Assembly: GCA_019058275.1 (NCBI GenBank)
Contig: JAHLVW010000089.1
Location: forward strand, 1 to 64,000
Length of the DNA stretch: 64,000 bases
Source of the DNA: Candidatus Heimdallarchaeota archaeon
Lineage (GTDB): Archaea > Asgardarchaeota > Heimdallarchaeia > JABLTI01
Direction: 5' to 3'
Shown here: positions 38,955 through 49,222 of the stretch, piece by piece
Numbering within the stretch: position 1 is the first letter of the stretch
Layout: each line of letters starts with the position of its first letter
Notes under the pieces: generated by a model
What the model was told of the DNA's origin: nothing
Database searches by the model: none
What the model saw: the letters and a program-made list of their open reading frames with translations, nothing else
Position numbers and translations under genes: made by a program

Positions 38955-39060
38955 GCCGGCATAGCTCAATCTTCATGGTTGTTACCATATAGAGGCAAAG
39001 CGGTAGAGCTCTCGGCTGTTAACCGAGTGGCCACAGGTTCAAATCCTGTTGCCGGCGCCA
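38955..39060 (+). tRNA. tRNA-Asn(GTT) with a 31-nt non-canonical D-loop intron (about 38969-38999, position 14/15)
   Basis: Perfect acceptor GCCGGCA/TGCCGGC, anticodon arm CTCGG-CTGTTAA-CCGAG, T-arm, CCA; intron hairpin ATGGT/ACCAT in a relaxed BHB; splicing restores G15:C48. Confidence 0.9.
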
Positions 39061-39074
39061 TTATCTTCTTTTGT

Positions 39075-39335
39075 CTAAAATTCTTCATCTATTTCATGTA
39101 GTATCTCAATTGCTGCTTCTAGTTTATTATTGATGTAAAATCTTAGTTCTCCATAATTCTCGTCTTCTAATATTCTTGAAACATCTATAGATGCATCTTT
39201 AAGTGCTCTATGAGCTTGCTCCATAAGCTCTTTAATTTCTTTTGGATGCTCAATAACAGATAATTTTGGACCTACAAATAGTGAGCCATTATTCATAGCT
39301 CTAACATAAAAGAAACTAAAATACTCAATCATCAT
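39075..39335 (-). CDS. Hypothetical protein
   Basis: 86-aa helical ORF; start uncertain. Confidence 0.45.
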   Translation of the reverse strand: MMIEYFSFFYVRAMNNGSLFVGPKLSVIEHPKEIKELMEQAHRALKDASIDVSRILEDENYGELRFYINNKLEAAIEILHEIDEEF

Positions 39336-39497
39336 TATTCTTCCTTATCTGATATGTTACTTCTATCCATTTTAAAAACATTTTACTTGTCATTTCTTAA
39401 TATTCATACGAAGCGATATGCTTTTAGATGATTATCTGAAAGATTTTATTTGTCATTTACATGTTTGTATTCGGTGATTAGGCAGGTATTTAGAAAA

Positions 39498-40550
39498 ATG
39501 TCTACAGTAGAAGAAACGAATATATTATCAGAACAATCCCAAAGGGAAGTTGAAATATTAGAAACTTTAAAATTGGTTGAAGGATCAAACCTTTGGACAA
39601 TAACCTATCGACGAATGAAAAAAGACCAGTTGGGAATGTTTGGTTTTGGCATAGTTATGCTTCTGGTTGTAGTAGCAGTTGTTGCCTTTATTTTAATGCA
39701 ATATGATGCTTTGTTTGGTCTTCAAAATCCAACAAGCGATCCTTGGGATTTACATAATTACTTTATTGAAATATGGATTCCAGGTACTGAAAAATACATT
39801 CGTGTAATTGCTCATCCACGACATATAATAGCTGGTGATGATGGATTAGCTCCCAATTCAAAATATCCTTTTGGTACTGATCTATTAGGACATGATGTTT
39901 TCTCTAGAATGGTTTTTGGCACTCCACTTTCTTTAGCTTTAGGTTTGACTGGACAAATTTTTACTAGTATTATAGGAACTTTTGTTGGTGCTATATCTGG
40001 CTATTATGGAGGATTATTTGATGATATTGTCCAAAGAATAAATGAAGTAATCATTGGATTACCTGATTTTGTTCTATTCATTTTTGCAGTTGCACTTTTT
40101 AGAGAAGTTTCTCTAACAATTCCTGGCGGTTACTATATTGTAGTTCTAACAATTCTATCACTTATTAGCTGGGGTGGAACAAGCATAATTGTTCGAAGTA
40201 CCATTTTGAGCTTAAAGGCTCGGGAATTTGTAGAAGCAGAGCGAGCACTAGGTGCAAGTGATGCCCGAATTATTTTACGGCATATAATACCAAATGCATT
40301 ATCACCAATAATCATCATTACTACTTTAGGGATAGCTGGAACAATCATGAGTATTACAGCTTTAGCCTTTTTCGGTTTTGGTGATCCTACTGCAGTCTCA
40401 TGGGGTGATGACCTTGCAAAATATAGAGACCAATTAATTACCCATTGGTGGATGCCTACATTTCCAGCAATGATGATATTCCTCACGATGTTAGGTTTTA
40501 ACTTAATGGGTGATGCATTACGAGATGCATTAGATCCAAAATTAAAGTAA
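39498..40550 (+). CDS. oppC: Oligopeptide/dipeptide ABC transporter permease (OppC/DppC)
   Basis: PFGTDLLGHDVFSR, EFVEAERALGAS, HIIPN, GDALRDALDPK. Confidence 0.9.
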   Translation: MSTVEETNILSEQSQREVEILETLKLVEGSNLWTITYRRMKKDQLGMFGFGIVMLLVVVAVVAFILMQYDALFGLQNPTSDPWDLHNYFIEIWIPGTEKYIRVIAHPRHIIAGDDGLAPNSKYPFGTDLLGHDVFSRMVFGTPLSLALGLTGQIFTSIIGTFVGAISGYYGGLFDDIVQRINEVIIGLPDFVLFIFAVALFREVSLTIPGGYYIVVLTILSLISWGGTSIIVRSTILSLKAREFVEAERALGASDARIILRHIIPNALSPIIIITTLGIAGTIMSITALAFFGFGDPTAVSWGDDLAKYRDQLITHWWMPTFPAMMIFLTMLGFNLMGDALRDALDPKLK

Positions 40551-40586
40551 ATATAAAAAGGTGATTTTATTATCACCTCATTTTCT

Positions 40587-41369
40587 CTACAAAAAAGCTA
40601 CTACTTTGTTTCTATTTGAAAGTTCATAAACATTGTTCTCTGAAATAGGAACTTTAGATGTAAAATTCAATCGGCTGCAAAATTCGATGTCTTTTGTGAA
40701 ACCTAAATCAATTAGCTTTTGACCGTGGTCTGTTGCTAGAAGAATTTCTTCAATCGATAAGTTCTTCATATGCTCTTCTAATAATTTAATTTCTTTTAGA
40801 GTCTTCGAATCAAGCTTCATTCCTACTTTTTTAAACTCTTGAGTGATAAGCAAGGCACCTATTTGATCTTCTGTTACAGTGTTATCAGTTATTGGTCCAT
40901 GTGTAAAAGTTGGAACTATTACTATTGTTAATGGACTATTGGTTGTTAATTCTATACATTTCTTAACAACAGCTGCAGCATTCACAATAGAACCTATTAT
41001 GAGATATTTAGAACCAATAGCATCTACTATTCTTTTAGCACCAGTTGATGAAGTAAATGCTGCTACTTCTTTGTCAAATGAGGTTTCATTAAAAATCTCT
41101 GTTGGGCTATTACCGTAATCAAATCCAGGAAGTTTCAAACATCCTCTTTCTCCCATAAGTATTGTTTCTAATTCTTTTTTAGTTAGTCGAGCATCCTCAA
41201 CCTCTTTTGCGACATAAAACTTCCTTATGCCCTTTTGCATTGCTATAGGGATAGTTGTACTAGCTCTTAGAACATCAACTAATATGGCAATTCCTTCTTT
41301 ATTTGAAGCAAGTTTAGATCCTTCAATATTACCTCGTACTAACACTTCCAAGTAAAGCACCAGAAGCAA
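40587..41369 (-). CDS. comB: 2-phosphosulfolactate phosphatase family
   Basis: VDVLRASTTI, GERG...GFDYGNSP, TSSTG, ED. Confidence 0.85.
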   Translation of the reverse strand: MLLVLYLEVLVRGNIEGSKLASNKEGIAILVDVLRASTTIPIAMQKGIRKFYVAKEVEDARLTKKELETILMGERGCLKLPGFDYGNSPTEIFNETSFDKEVAAFTSSTGAKRIVDAIGSKYLIIGSIVNAAAVVKKCIELTTNSPLTIVIVPTFTHGPITDNTVTEDQIGALLITQEFKKVGMKLDSKTLKEIKLLEEHMKNLSIEEILLATDHGQKLIDLGFTKDIEFCSRLNFTSKVPISENNVYELSNRNKVVAFL

Positions 41370-41614
41370 TTCACATAGTATTCCCTTATAAGGGATGGTA
41401 TGATTTTAGCAAACTGATATTTTTTTTCTCTAAGATAGAAAAAATGAAAAAGGGTAAGTTATTTTGTTATCTCAAGATTAAAACTAAACTGTGTTAGGAT
41501 AGTTGAATCCAATAACTTTCGTTATTATTGGATTGTTTAATTAACATATAAAGTACAAATGTAGATTGACATAAGACATTGGAGCAATAATTTGTGACAC
41601 AAGGAGGAATCATT

Positions 41615-42718
41615 TTGACCTCAAAAGATGATATCAAACTTTTACTGTTGAATAAGAAAGAAGAAGAATTACTTCAGCTGTTGGAAAAAGAGAAGAAAAG
41701 TATTAGTGAGTTATTAATAGGAATAGCTACTGATGATACGGAATGGAAAATCCGTAGAGATGCTGTAAAGATACTCGGAAAAGGAGGGATAGAGCAGAGT
41801 ATTGATTTACTGGGCAATATATTGCTAAAGGACCATCTAACTGTAATGCGAAAAAATGCTGCGAAAGCATTGGGATCAATAGAGAATCCTGAAAGTAAGA
41901 AACCTTTACTTGAAGCATTAAAAACCTCCAAAGATCCTTCAATAATAATAGAAGTAGCAAAAGCTTTAGGGAATTTAAAAGTAAACGAAGCAGTAGATCC
42001 TTTAATTAAAATGCTAGAATCTAGTAAAGATGGAGAAATCAGGGAAAATGTTGCAGAATCACTTGGTTTGATTGGTAATCCAAAAGCTTTAGATCCGTTA
42101 CTAAAAATAATGAAAAGTGATAAGGAAGATTGGGTAAGAGGACAAGCAGCAGAAGCTTTAGGTTTGATAGGAGATACAAAAGTTGTTCCTGATTTGATTT
42201 CAACTCTCGAGAAAGATACAGGAATTAGTGTTTCAGTAAAAACAGCAACTGCATTAGGACGATTAAAAGATTCACAAGCTGTAGATTCATTAATTAGCTT
42301 TCTGCAAAAAGGTCAAAATGTTGAGAACAGACGAGCATTAGCATATGCATTAGGAGAGATTGGTGATAAGAAAGCTGCTGAAGTCTTCTTAGATTTACTT
42401 ACTGATGAAGATGAGACTGTTCGATATTGGTCTTGCCTTTCTTTAGGTTTTATGAAATATAAGCGAGCTGCCAATCCAATCCTTGATGTATTAAAAGATG
42501 ATAGTAGTATTCGAGTTAGAAGAATAGCCGCATTGTCTGTGGGTCAATTAGTACCTAAAACCAAGAAATGTGTAAAAATGCTTCTCGAATCACTTGAAAA
42601 AGAAGAAGATGATGATGTTAAAGAAAAAATTATGCGGACAATGATTCGAATCGCTAAAGAACAAGGATATAAAGATGAAAAAGATATGATAAAGAAAATG
42701 GAGATTGATACAGAATAG
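41615..42718 (+). CDS. HEAT/PBS-lyase repeat protein
   Basis: About 9 xRxxAAxALGxIG repeats; GGAGG RBS before TTG 41615. Confidence 0.9.
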   Translation: MTSKDDIKLLLLNKKEEELLQLLEKEKKSISELLIGIATDDTEWKIRRDAVKILGKGGIEQSIDLLGNILLKDHLTVMRKNAAKALGSIENPESKKPLLEALKTSKDPSIIIEVAKALGNLKVNEAVDPLIKMLESSKDGEIRENVAESLGLIGNPKALDPLLKIMKSDKEDWVRGQAAEALGLIGDTKVVPDLISTLEKDTGISVSVKTATALGRLKDSQAVDSLISFLQKGQNVENRRALAYALGEIGDKKAAEVFLDLLTDEDETVRYWSCLSLGFMKYKRAANPILDVLKDDSSIRVRRIAALSVGQLVPKTKKCVKMLLESLEKEEDDDVKEKIMRTMIRIAKEQGYKDEKDMIKKMEIDTE

Positions 42719-42844
42719 ATTAATTTTCTCCAAACTATATAATCAGAAGAGAGATTTTCTCTCTTTTTTCTAAAATTTTTAGAATCCAAGTGAAAATCAA
42801 ATTAGAAGAAAAGGATAAAAACAATTTTTATTATTAAACAATTC

Positions 42845-44284
42845 ATGACTGTTCAAGAGCTATTAATTACTTCAGTAGGTATTGATGTAGGTACATCAAC
42901 CTCACACATGGTCTTTTCAAGATTACATCTGGTAAAACAAATGAGTCGCACATCAAAGAAATTTGAAATCGTTAACAGAGAAATACTTTATCGTGGTGGT
43001 ATCTACATTACACCATTAATTGATCAAGAAACGATTAATTTTGATGAATTATCGAAGATTTTTCAGAAGGAATTTGCCAAAGCAAAAATTACTAAAGAGG
43101 ATATTGATACTGGTGCAGTCATTGTTACAGGGGAAACAGCTAAAAAGAAGAATGCTGAAAAGATTGTTAGTTTATTAGCTATAGAAGCAGGTAAATTTGT
43201 AGCAGCAACAGCAGGTCCAAATTTTGAATCAGTAATTGCAGCAATGGGTAGTGGAGCTGTAACTCGAGCAAAGGATTTGAAAAAGACAATAATGAATATT
43301 GATACTGGTGGGGGAACCTCGAACATTGCAGTAATTTCACCTAAGGGGGAAATCATTGATACTGCATGTATTAATGTTGGAGGTAGGTTACTCGTAACTA
43401 ATGGTTCTGAGAATATTATTGAGAAATACGAAGAAGCAGCCAAAATTGCAGCTGATGATGTAGGGGTTCACCTTGAAGTAGGTAAAACAATTTCCAAAAC
43501 AGATAAAGAACGAGTAGCTAAAAGGTTAGCTGAAGCTTTAATAGAGATTATTACTAAGAAAGAAAATATTTCAGAAGTTGCAATAAAATTAATGATGACA
43601 CCCTTACTAACCTTTGATGGCAAAGTAAATTACTACTCATTTTCCGGTGGAGTTGCAGAATATATTTATGGCAAAACTAACGAGTATTTTGGTGATATTG
43701 GTCGTGAAGTTGCCAAAGAAATCAAGAAACAAAGTCAAAAAGCCAAGATAAAACTCCTTGAACCTCTTGAGTTAATAAGAGCAACTGTCATTGGAGCGGG
43801 GCAATACTCTTTACAAGTAAGTGGTGCAACAACCTTAGTAACAGAAGATAATGATTTCCCGATCAGGAACATTCCAGTAGTAGTACCTTATTTACCACAA
43901 GAAAGCCCTACTGAAAAAGAAATCAAGAGAGCAATAGATATGGCTTACCAAAGAATTGATTTGAAAGAGGGAGAAGCTCAAGTAGCTCTATCATTTCATA
44001 AAACAATTGGTCTTTCTTACGAACGATTAAAGTCATTTGCACAAGGAATTGTTTCTGCAGTCCCATCTCTTGTGAAGAAAAACATGCCACTCATATTGGT
44101 ATTCAAAGATGATATTGGTAATAGTGTTGGCAATGTTATGAAAAGAGAAACAGAAATGAAATCAAATATCATTTCTATAGATGAACTAGGTCTAAGGGAA
44201 GGAGACTATATCGATATAGGTGAACCTATGGCAAGTAAACAAGTCGTTCCTGTTGTAGTTAAGACACTTATTTTTGAAAACTAG
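42845..44284 (+). CDS. eutA: Ethanolamine ammonia-lyase reactivase EutA family
   Basis: SVGIDVGTSTS, GAVIVTGETAKKKNA, FVAATAGP, NIDTGGGTSN, VVPVVVKTL. Confidence 0.9.
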   Translation: MTVQELLITSVGIDVGTSTSHMVFSRLHLVKQMSRTSKKFEIVNREILYRGGIYITPLIDQETINFDELSKIFQKEFAKAKITKEDIDTGAVIVTGETAKKKNAEKIVSLLAIEAGKFVAATAGPNFESVIAAMGSGAVTRAKDLKKTIMNIDTGGGTSNIAVISPKGEIIDTACINVGGRLLVTNGSENIIEKYEEAAKIAADDVGVHLEVGKTISKTDKERVAKRLAEALIEIITKKENISEVAIKLMMTPLLTFDGKVNYYSFSGGVAEYIYGKTNEYFGDIGREVAKEIKKQSQKAKIKLLEPLELIRATVIGAGQYSLQVSGATTLVTEDNDFPIRNIPVVVPYLPQESPTEKEIKRAIDMAYQRIDLKEGEAQVALSFHKTIGLSYERLKSFAQGIVSAVPSLVKKNMPLILVFKDDIGNSVGNVMKRETEMKSNIISIDELGLREGDYIDIGEPMASKQVVPVVVKTLIFEN

Positions 44285-44541
44285 ACAAAAGTGATTCTAT
44301 ATACAAACACTTAAAATACTAAAGAATAAATCACCAATAAGTTTAATTTACGGAGAGATTTTCCTAAAGAAACTAATTATAGAAATTAATTCAGATTTAG
44401 TTGTGATTTTAAAAGCAAAACAATATAATAAAAGCAGAACAGTAAGCACAAAATAAGCTTTTGATTGTTCTTTGATTGCAATGAAAACACAAAGAGACTA
44501 TTTAAAAAGATAACTTACAACAATAAAACAGAGGTGATAGA

Positions 44542-44823
44542 GTGAAGGAGAAGTTAATGATTCTGACTGATAAATTATATTCAGCAGGTTTTAATATTTC
44601 AGGGATAGAGGTTGAAGCAAGTGATTTGGTACGAATTAAATTTTCAGACCTCAAAGGTTTAGAACTGCTTTTGAATGAATCATATGCCAAGATCGAAGAT
44701 GGAGAATGTTCCGGAGAAAAACTGAAAGAATTTAAGAAACTTGTAGAATCACATTATACATTAAAAGACGAAATAGTATCAAAAGATAATGATATGTTTA
44801 ATCAATTACTAAACGCAAACTGA
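44542..44823 (+). CDS. Hypothetical protein
   Basis: 93-aa ORF with GAGGTGA RBS. Confidence 0.55.
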   Translation: MKEKLMILTDKLYSAGFNISGIEVEASDLVRIKFSDLKGLELLLNESYAKIEDGECSGEKLKEFKKLVESHYTLKDEIVSKDNDMFNQLLNAN

Positions 44824-44873
44824 GTTATTAAAGCTCATTTTATTTTGAGGTTTTTAGTTTGTAGCTAAAAACC

Positions 44874-45080
44874 TTAGGAACCAGCAACACGTTTAACAGT
44901 ACATTTATCATCATTGCAATTGTAACAACTTGTTCCTTTGTATTTTTGAGAGCAATAGGTGACTTCATTACGTAATTTACACCAATCAATAACGCAATCT
45001 AAGCAAAAAGTTTTCGATTTTCCTTTTAAGAGATTTTCTTCTCTTGAGAGAGATTTTTTATGCGAATTTAAGACTGCCAA
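44874..45080 (-). CDS. Small Cys-rich protein (paralog 1)
   Basis: CLDC-x4-C-x8-CS-x2-YKG..C..C; GAGG RBS. Confidence 0.65.
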   Translation of the reverse strand: MAVLNSHKKSLSREENLLKGKSKTFCLDCVIDWCKLRNEVTYCSQKYKGTSCYNCNDDKCTVKRVAGS

Positions 45081-45224
45081 TTTTACCTCGTTCCTTCAGA
45101 TTGTTTCATCCAATTAAACAAATCTGCGAATCTATACTTTTTAAGTTCCTAACATACGGAGAATACTGACATAATACCTAAAAAGCTTAATTTTTCAAAA
45201 AATAGTATGTAAAATTAGTCAATT

Positions 45225-45416
45225 CTATTTAGTTTTACACTTTTCTGAATCACAAATAAAGATTAATTCACCTTTGTATCGGAACGAACAGTAATTAACT
45301 TTGCTTTTTAAGATACACCAAGTATAAAGACAACTACCACAGTAACCTAAATGTCTTTTATCAAATGTTACCATTGTTTCTTTTGTATGAGTTTTTTTCT
45401 CTGACTCTGTTGCCAA
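45225..45416 (-). CDS. Small Cys-rich protein (paralog 2)
   Basis: CGSC-x4-C-x8-CS-x2-YKG..C..C; same spacing as its neighbour. Confidence 0.65.
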   Translation of the reverse strand: MATESEKKTHTKETMVTFDKRHLGYCGSCLYTWCILKSKVNYCSFRYKGELIFICDSEKCKTK

Positions 45417-45556
45417 TTCTTTCCGTTCCTTTATTCACTATCTTGTCAAGTAAAACTCCTTGATAATAACTTCATGCAATTTATTTCTTAACTATAGCAT
45501 ATTATAGAGTTTAACTTTTAAAGTCACCATCTTTAATCGAACATAATATGATCCTC

Positions 45557-46687
45557 TTAGGGTGATAACTCTGGGAAGTAATTATATGTCTCAAGTATTT
45601 TCTTGTTAAGAGGGAGTTTCTTCATTGTTTTTGGTATCAAATTATTGATTCTGCTATATTGATGGAAGTCTCTTAACTTAAGATTAAATAGCAACATTCC
45701 AGCCAAGATTTTGCAAAAAATTGCATCTTGGTAAAGATCTCGATGATTCCATGAAAAGTTCATATTGAAATCTTTATCAGCAATATTCTCAGCGCCAATT
45801 AAAGGAATACTTGAAGACGATACAACTCCATCGTTCCCCACACCTCGTTTATGGAGGAGTTTTGAAAACCATTTACTTTTTGTACCTCGTATTGTTACCC
45901 ATCGTATGTTTCCTGGTGTTTGTGGGTTAGAATTAAGTGTTCTAAGGAAGTTGTTTTTAGGTGATTTCTTTTTGAAGAATAGACCTAGTAATCTACCAAA
46001 AACATTGATATTGCCAATTCTAATTTGCTGAAATTGCTTACTTTGAGAAAAGTTATCCTTTCCAAAGAAAAGCTTCAAGAGAAATTGCAAAAATGGTGAT
46101 TGTAATCTATCTACAATCTTACATCCATTATTTGGTGTAGCTATTAAAATAATGTTTTTGACTCTTAACAAACAGCTATTAGTTGTATGAATCTGATCTT
46201 CATAAATAAGGTATTCTTGGATAAATTTCCTTACAATTAGACCGCCCATGCTTCCTGCAATGAAATCTATTTCACCATCATTATGAAAATTCCATCCATT
46301 ACGTTTTGTGTTTATGTTTTCCATAAGTTCTTCTGCTAACATTGGTATATCATGTTTAAAGTTGCATCTTCCATCTTTTTCTGAATATAAATCAAAAACA
46401 AATATTTTCTTGTATCCAAAGGGGTTCTTCTGTGGATGATATTCTAAAGCCTCAATATAATAACGGTGATCCCCAATTCTAGGTGGGTTTGATACAGAGT
46501 AACCTGGAACAATAATTAATGTTCTTCTTGAAAGATCTGCAGGTTTTGTATCATACAAATGAGAACCTTTCGCAATTGTTTTTTCGGAAACAGCTCTAGT
46601 TCTATTTAGATTATTAATATGAAACAAATTTAGTGTACTATCAGAGGAATTCTTTATTTTAATTGAAACATCTAATTCTAGACTCAT
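45557..46687 (-). CDS. Alpha/beta hydrolase (lipase/PGAP1-like)
   Basis: VPGY oxyanion loop, AGSMGG nucleophile elbow, TPNNG, NDGVV, NH. Confidence 0.8.
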   Translation of the reverse strand: MSLELDVSIKIKNSSDSTLNLFHINNLNRTRAVSEKTIAKGSHLYDTKPADLSRRTLIIVPGYSVSNPPRIGDHRYYIEALEYHPQKNPFGYKKIFVFDLYSEKDGRCNFKHDIPMLAEELMENINTKRNGWNFHNDGEIDFIAGSMGGLIVRKFIQEYLIYEDQIHTTNSCLLRVKNIILIATPNNGCKIVDRLQSPFLQFLLKLFFGKDNFSQSKQFQQIRIGNINVFGRLLGLFFKKKSPKNNFLRTLNSNPQTPGNIRWVTIRGTKSKWFSKLLHKRGVGNDGVVSSSSIPLIGAENIADKDFNMNFSWNHRDLYQDAIFCKILAGMLLFNLKLRDFHQYSRINNLIPKTMKKLPLNKKILETYNYFPELSP

Positions 46688-46769
46688 TTACTTAAACCAA
46701 TTGAAGAATCTTTAACTTCCTTCTTCCATGATTTAGTTTAAAAAGAGCTAATTTACTTACAAGATTAGA

Positions 46770-47533
46770 TTAAGAAAGAATAGTCACTTTATTTTTCTTT
46801 AAGAGTGCAAGAAATGCTTTCTTACAAGACATCTTCTTTATTGTAAATAGGTTTTGATATTCTGTTTTATTCAAATGCTTAGCTATTTTCTCAGAATGAT
46901 CTCTTTTATCCTTGTCTAGATTTCGAGGAATATATATGTTGATTAATTTACTCCGTTCATCTATTAATAATGACAATTCATTTCCTAAAGCAATTTTTGA
47001 TTCTTCAAATTCAACTGTTATTCCGTTATGCACTCGAAAGAGTCTAATTCTTGTTTTAATTTTGAGACTTACCAATAATTCTTGGTAGATGTATTGAATT
47101 GTATCGTTTAGCAGATTCTCTTCATTCAAAAGATAATTCTCTTGATAAACATTCAGAATAGATTCAATCATTGAATAGACATTAGCTATAAATCGAATCA
47201 TTTCTTTCTTGTAGATGAGAAACATTGCACAGAATTTTCCTCTCTCTAAAATGATTGGATCATCACTTGCTTTAACTTTAATATGAAAAACATAAATTAA
47301 AGATCTAAAATCTGAATTGTAAGGAACAGGTATTGGACCAAATAACCCTCTATTTCTTTCTTCGCCAAGACCAACTGCAGTAATCCCATGGATACCAGTA
47401 GCTAACGCTTCTCTTTCAGATAATGAACTGAGGTTTAGTCGCACAATAGGAACATCATAATCATAACAGCAAATAACATACTATCAAAAATTGTTTCACT
47501 ATCAGCTGCTATATCCTGTAGGTTTTCAGTCAT
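46770..47533 (-). pseudogene. Longin-like Asgard-type protein with apparent 1-nt frameshift near 47465
   Basis: ATG 47533 (AGGTG RBS) reads MTENLQ...MLFAV then stops; the neighbouring frame continues YDYDVPIVRLNL...GLFGPIPVP. Confidence 0.55.
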
Positions 47534-47671
47534 TAGCTTGCACCTAAGATAGTCCCTATTCAAATTGTAAAATCAATAATCCTACTTTAAACTTTTGTTC
47601 GCTATAGAAAGCTCTGTGTTACCAATTAAATAATACATAAAAAAAAGTTAAAAGTTATAATAACAAGTTTA

Positions 47672-49210
47672 ATGAATCATGGAAAAGAGGGTTCTCCTAT
47701 GCCATCGAATGCTGCTAAAAGAGATAGCATCGAATCAGAACCAAGAGCACATCGGACTGTTGAAGGTTTTAACAACTTTTGGTGGAAAATCAGAGATTCA
47801 GTTAAGATGCGTATTAAAGAAGAATCTTGGTCAGATATTGGGTTAGATATAGCGATAATTTTAGGTTTGATTGGCATCGGAATGTTTATTCGAGTCATTC
47901 TTGCTTATGAATTTAGAGAACAATGGGGATTTGGTTCGAGTGAAAATCTCTGGAATAGGAACTTACTATTTAATATTAACAACGTAGAAATACGTGGTTT
48001 TGCTGATTTTGGCTATTATTACCATTCATGGATAACTGCTTGGTATAATGATAGTTGGTATCCTTATCGCTGGATCGAACCAACAACAGTATTAGATTAC
48101 TATTCCTATCCACCCATTTTTCTATATTTCTTAGTTCTTACTTGGCGTCCAGGCTTGAGTAATTTTTGGATGGCTTTTCCTATGGTCTTAACTGATGCAG
48201 CATGTGCAGCAGTAGTCTATCTAATTCTGAAAAATATCATTAAGAATAAGCATAATCGAGGTATTGCTATTTTCGGCGGGGTTTTGATGGCAATAGCACC
48301 AATTAACGTTATCTATGATGGAGTATATTGGCTTAATCCTGGCCCAGTCACTCTTTTGACAATGATAGCGTTTTATTTTGCGATTAAAAAGAAGTGGTGG
48401 CAATCATTTTTCTGGTTAGCAATTGCTACTATGACAAAACAAAATGCTTTGTTCTTTACTTATCCACTATTCTTTGTAATGTTAGGTGAAAAAGTTAGAA
48501 ATAAATCCATCCGTGAGTCAATAATAGAAAGCGTAATGAATGTAGCATTATTCGTTGGAGTTTGCTTACTTGTATCTGTTCCGTGGATATTTATGTCACC
48601 TTATCAATATGGTCGGCATATGTTGTTACCGGGTAGATCTATCTCATTGCAGCTAGAACCTGTTAATCCATCAGCCAATGACTGTGTCTCCTTTGCAAAA
48701 TCTCTGCAAGAAATAGGTTTCAGTGGATTTATTTTGAAATTAGCATCTTTTGGTAACTATTCAATGCTATGGATGATTTTGAGTGCAACAATAATTGCAA
48801 TCTATATGTTTTGGAAGTCATATAATGATAAATTAGATGGGATTGCATTTTTTGAATGGATTGCTGCGTATACCATTTTCACACACATTTTCATGCCTAG
48901 AGGAGTATACAAATTCTATACAGCATATTATGTACCAATGATTTTAATTGCACTAGTTGGATCATTTACATATTTTACTTCTGATGAAAAATTCTTACCA
49001 ATAGGGATGATTCTTAGTAGTGCTCTTTTCTTAGGATTCAATATTTGGTTACTTGTTATGGGGAGATGGGGCGTACCATTCTACCTCTTCATGGTAGCAA
49101 TTACCATTATATTATTTGGTGTAATTAGAACATACATTAGAGATCAAATGGCAAAAGATAATCAGTATGCAAGAGTACGGAAATTTTTCTACAGTAAAAT
49201 CGGATCATAA
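47672..49210 (+). CDS. GT-C fold membrane glycosyltransferase (GT87/PIG-M-like)
   Basis: DFGYY, YSYPPIF, KQ motif; multiple TMs. Confidence 0.7.
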   Translation: MNHGKEGSPMPSNAAKRDSIESEPRAHRTVEGFNNFWWKIRDSVKMRIKEESWSDIGLDIAIILGLIGIGMFIRVILAYEFREQWGFGSSENLWNRNLLFNINNVEIRGFADFGYYYHSWITAWYNDSWYPYRWIEPTTVLDYYSYPPIFLYFLVLTWRPGLSNFWMAFPMVLTDAACAAVVYLILKNIIKNKHNRGIAIFGGVLMAIAPINVIYDGVYWLNPGPVTLLTMIAFYFAIKKKWWQSFFWLAIATMTKQNALFFTYPLFFVMLGEKVRNKSIRESIIESVMNVALFVGVCLLVSVPWIFMSPYQYGRHMLLPGRSISLQLEPVNPSANDCVSFAKSLQEIGFSGFILKLASFGNYSMLWMILSATIIAIYMFWKSYNDKLDGIAFFEWIAAYTIFTHIFMPRGVYKFYTAYYVPMILIALVGSFTYFTSDEKFLPIGMILSSALFLGFNIWLLVMGRWGVPFYLFMVAITIILFGVIRTYIRDQMAKDNQYARVRKFFYSKIGS

Positions 49211-49222
49211 AAAAAGAGAAGC

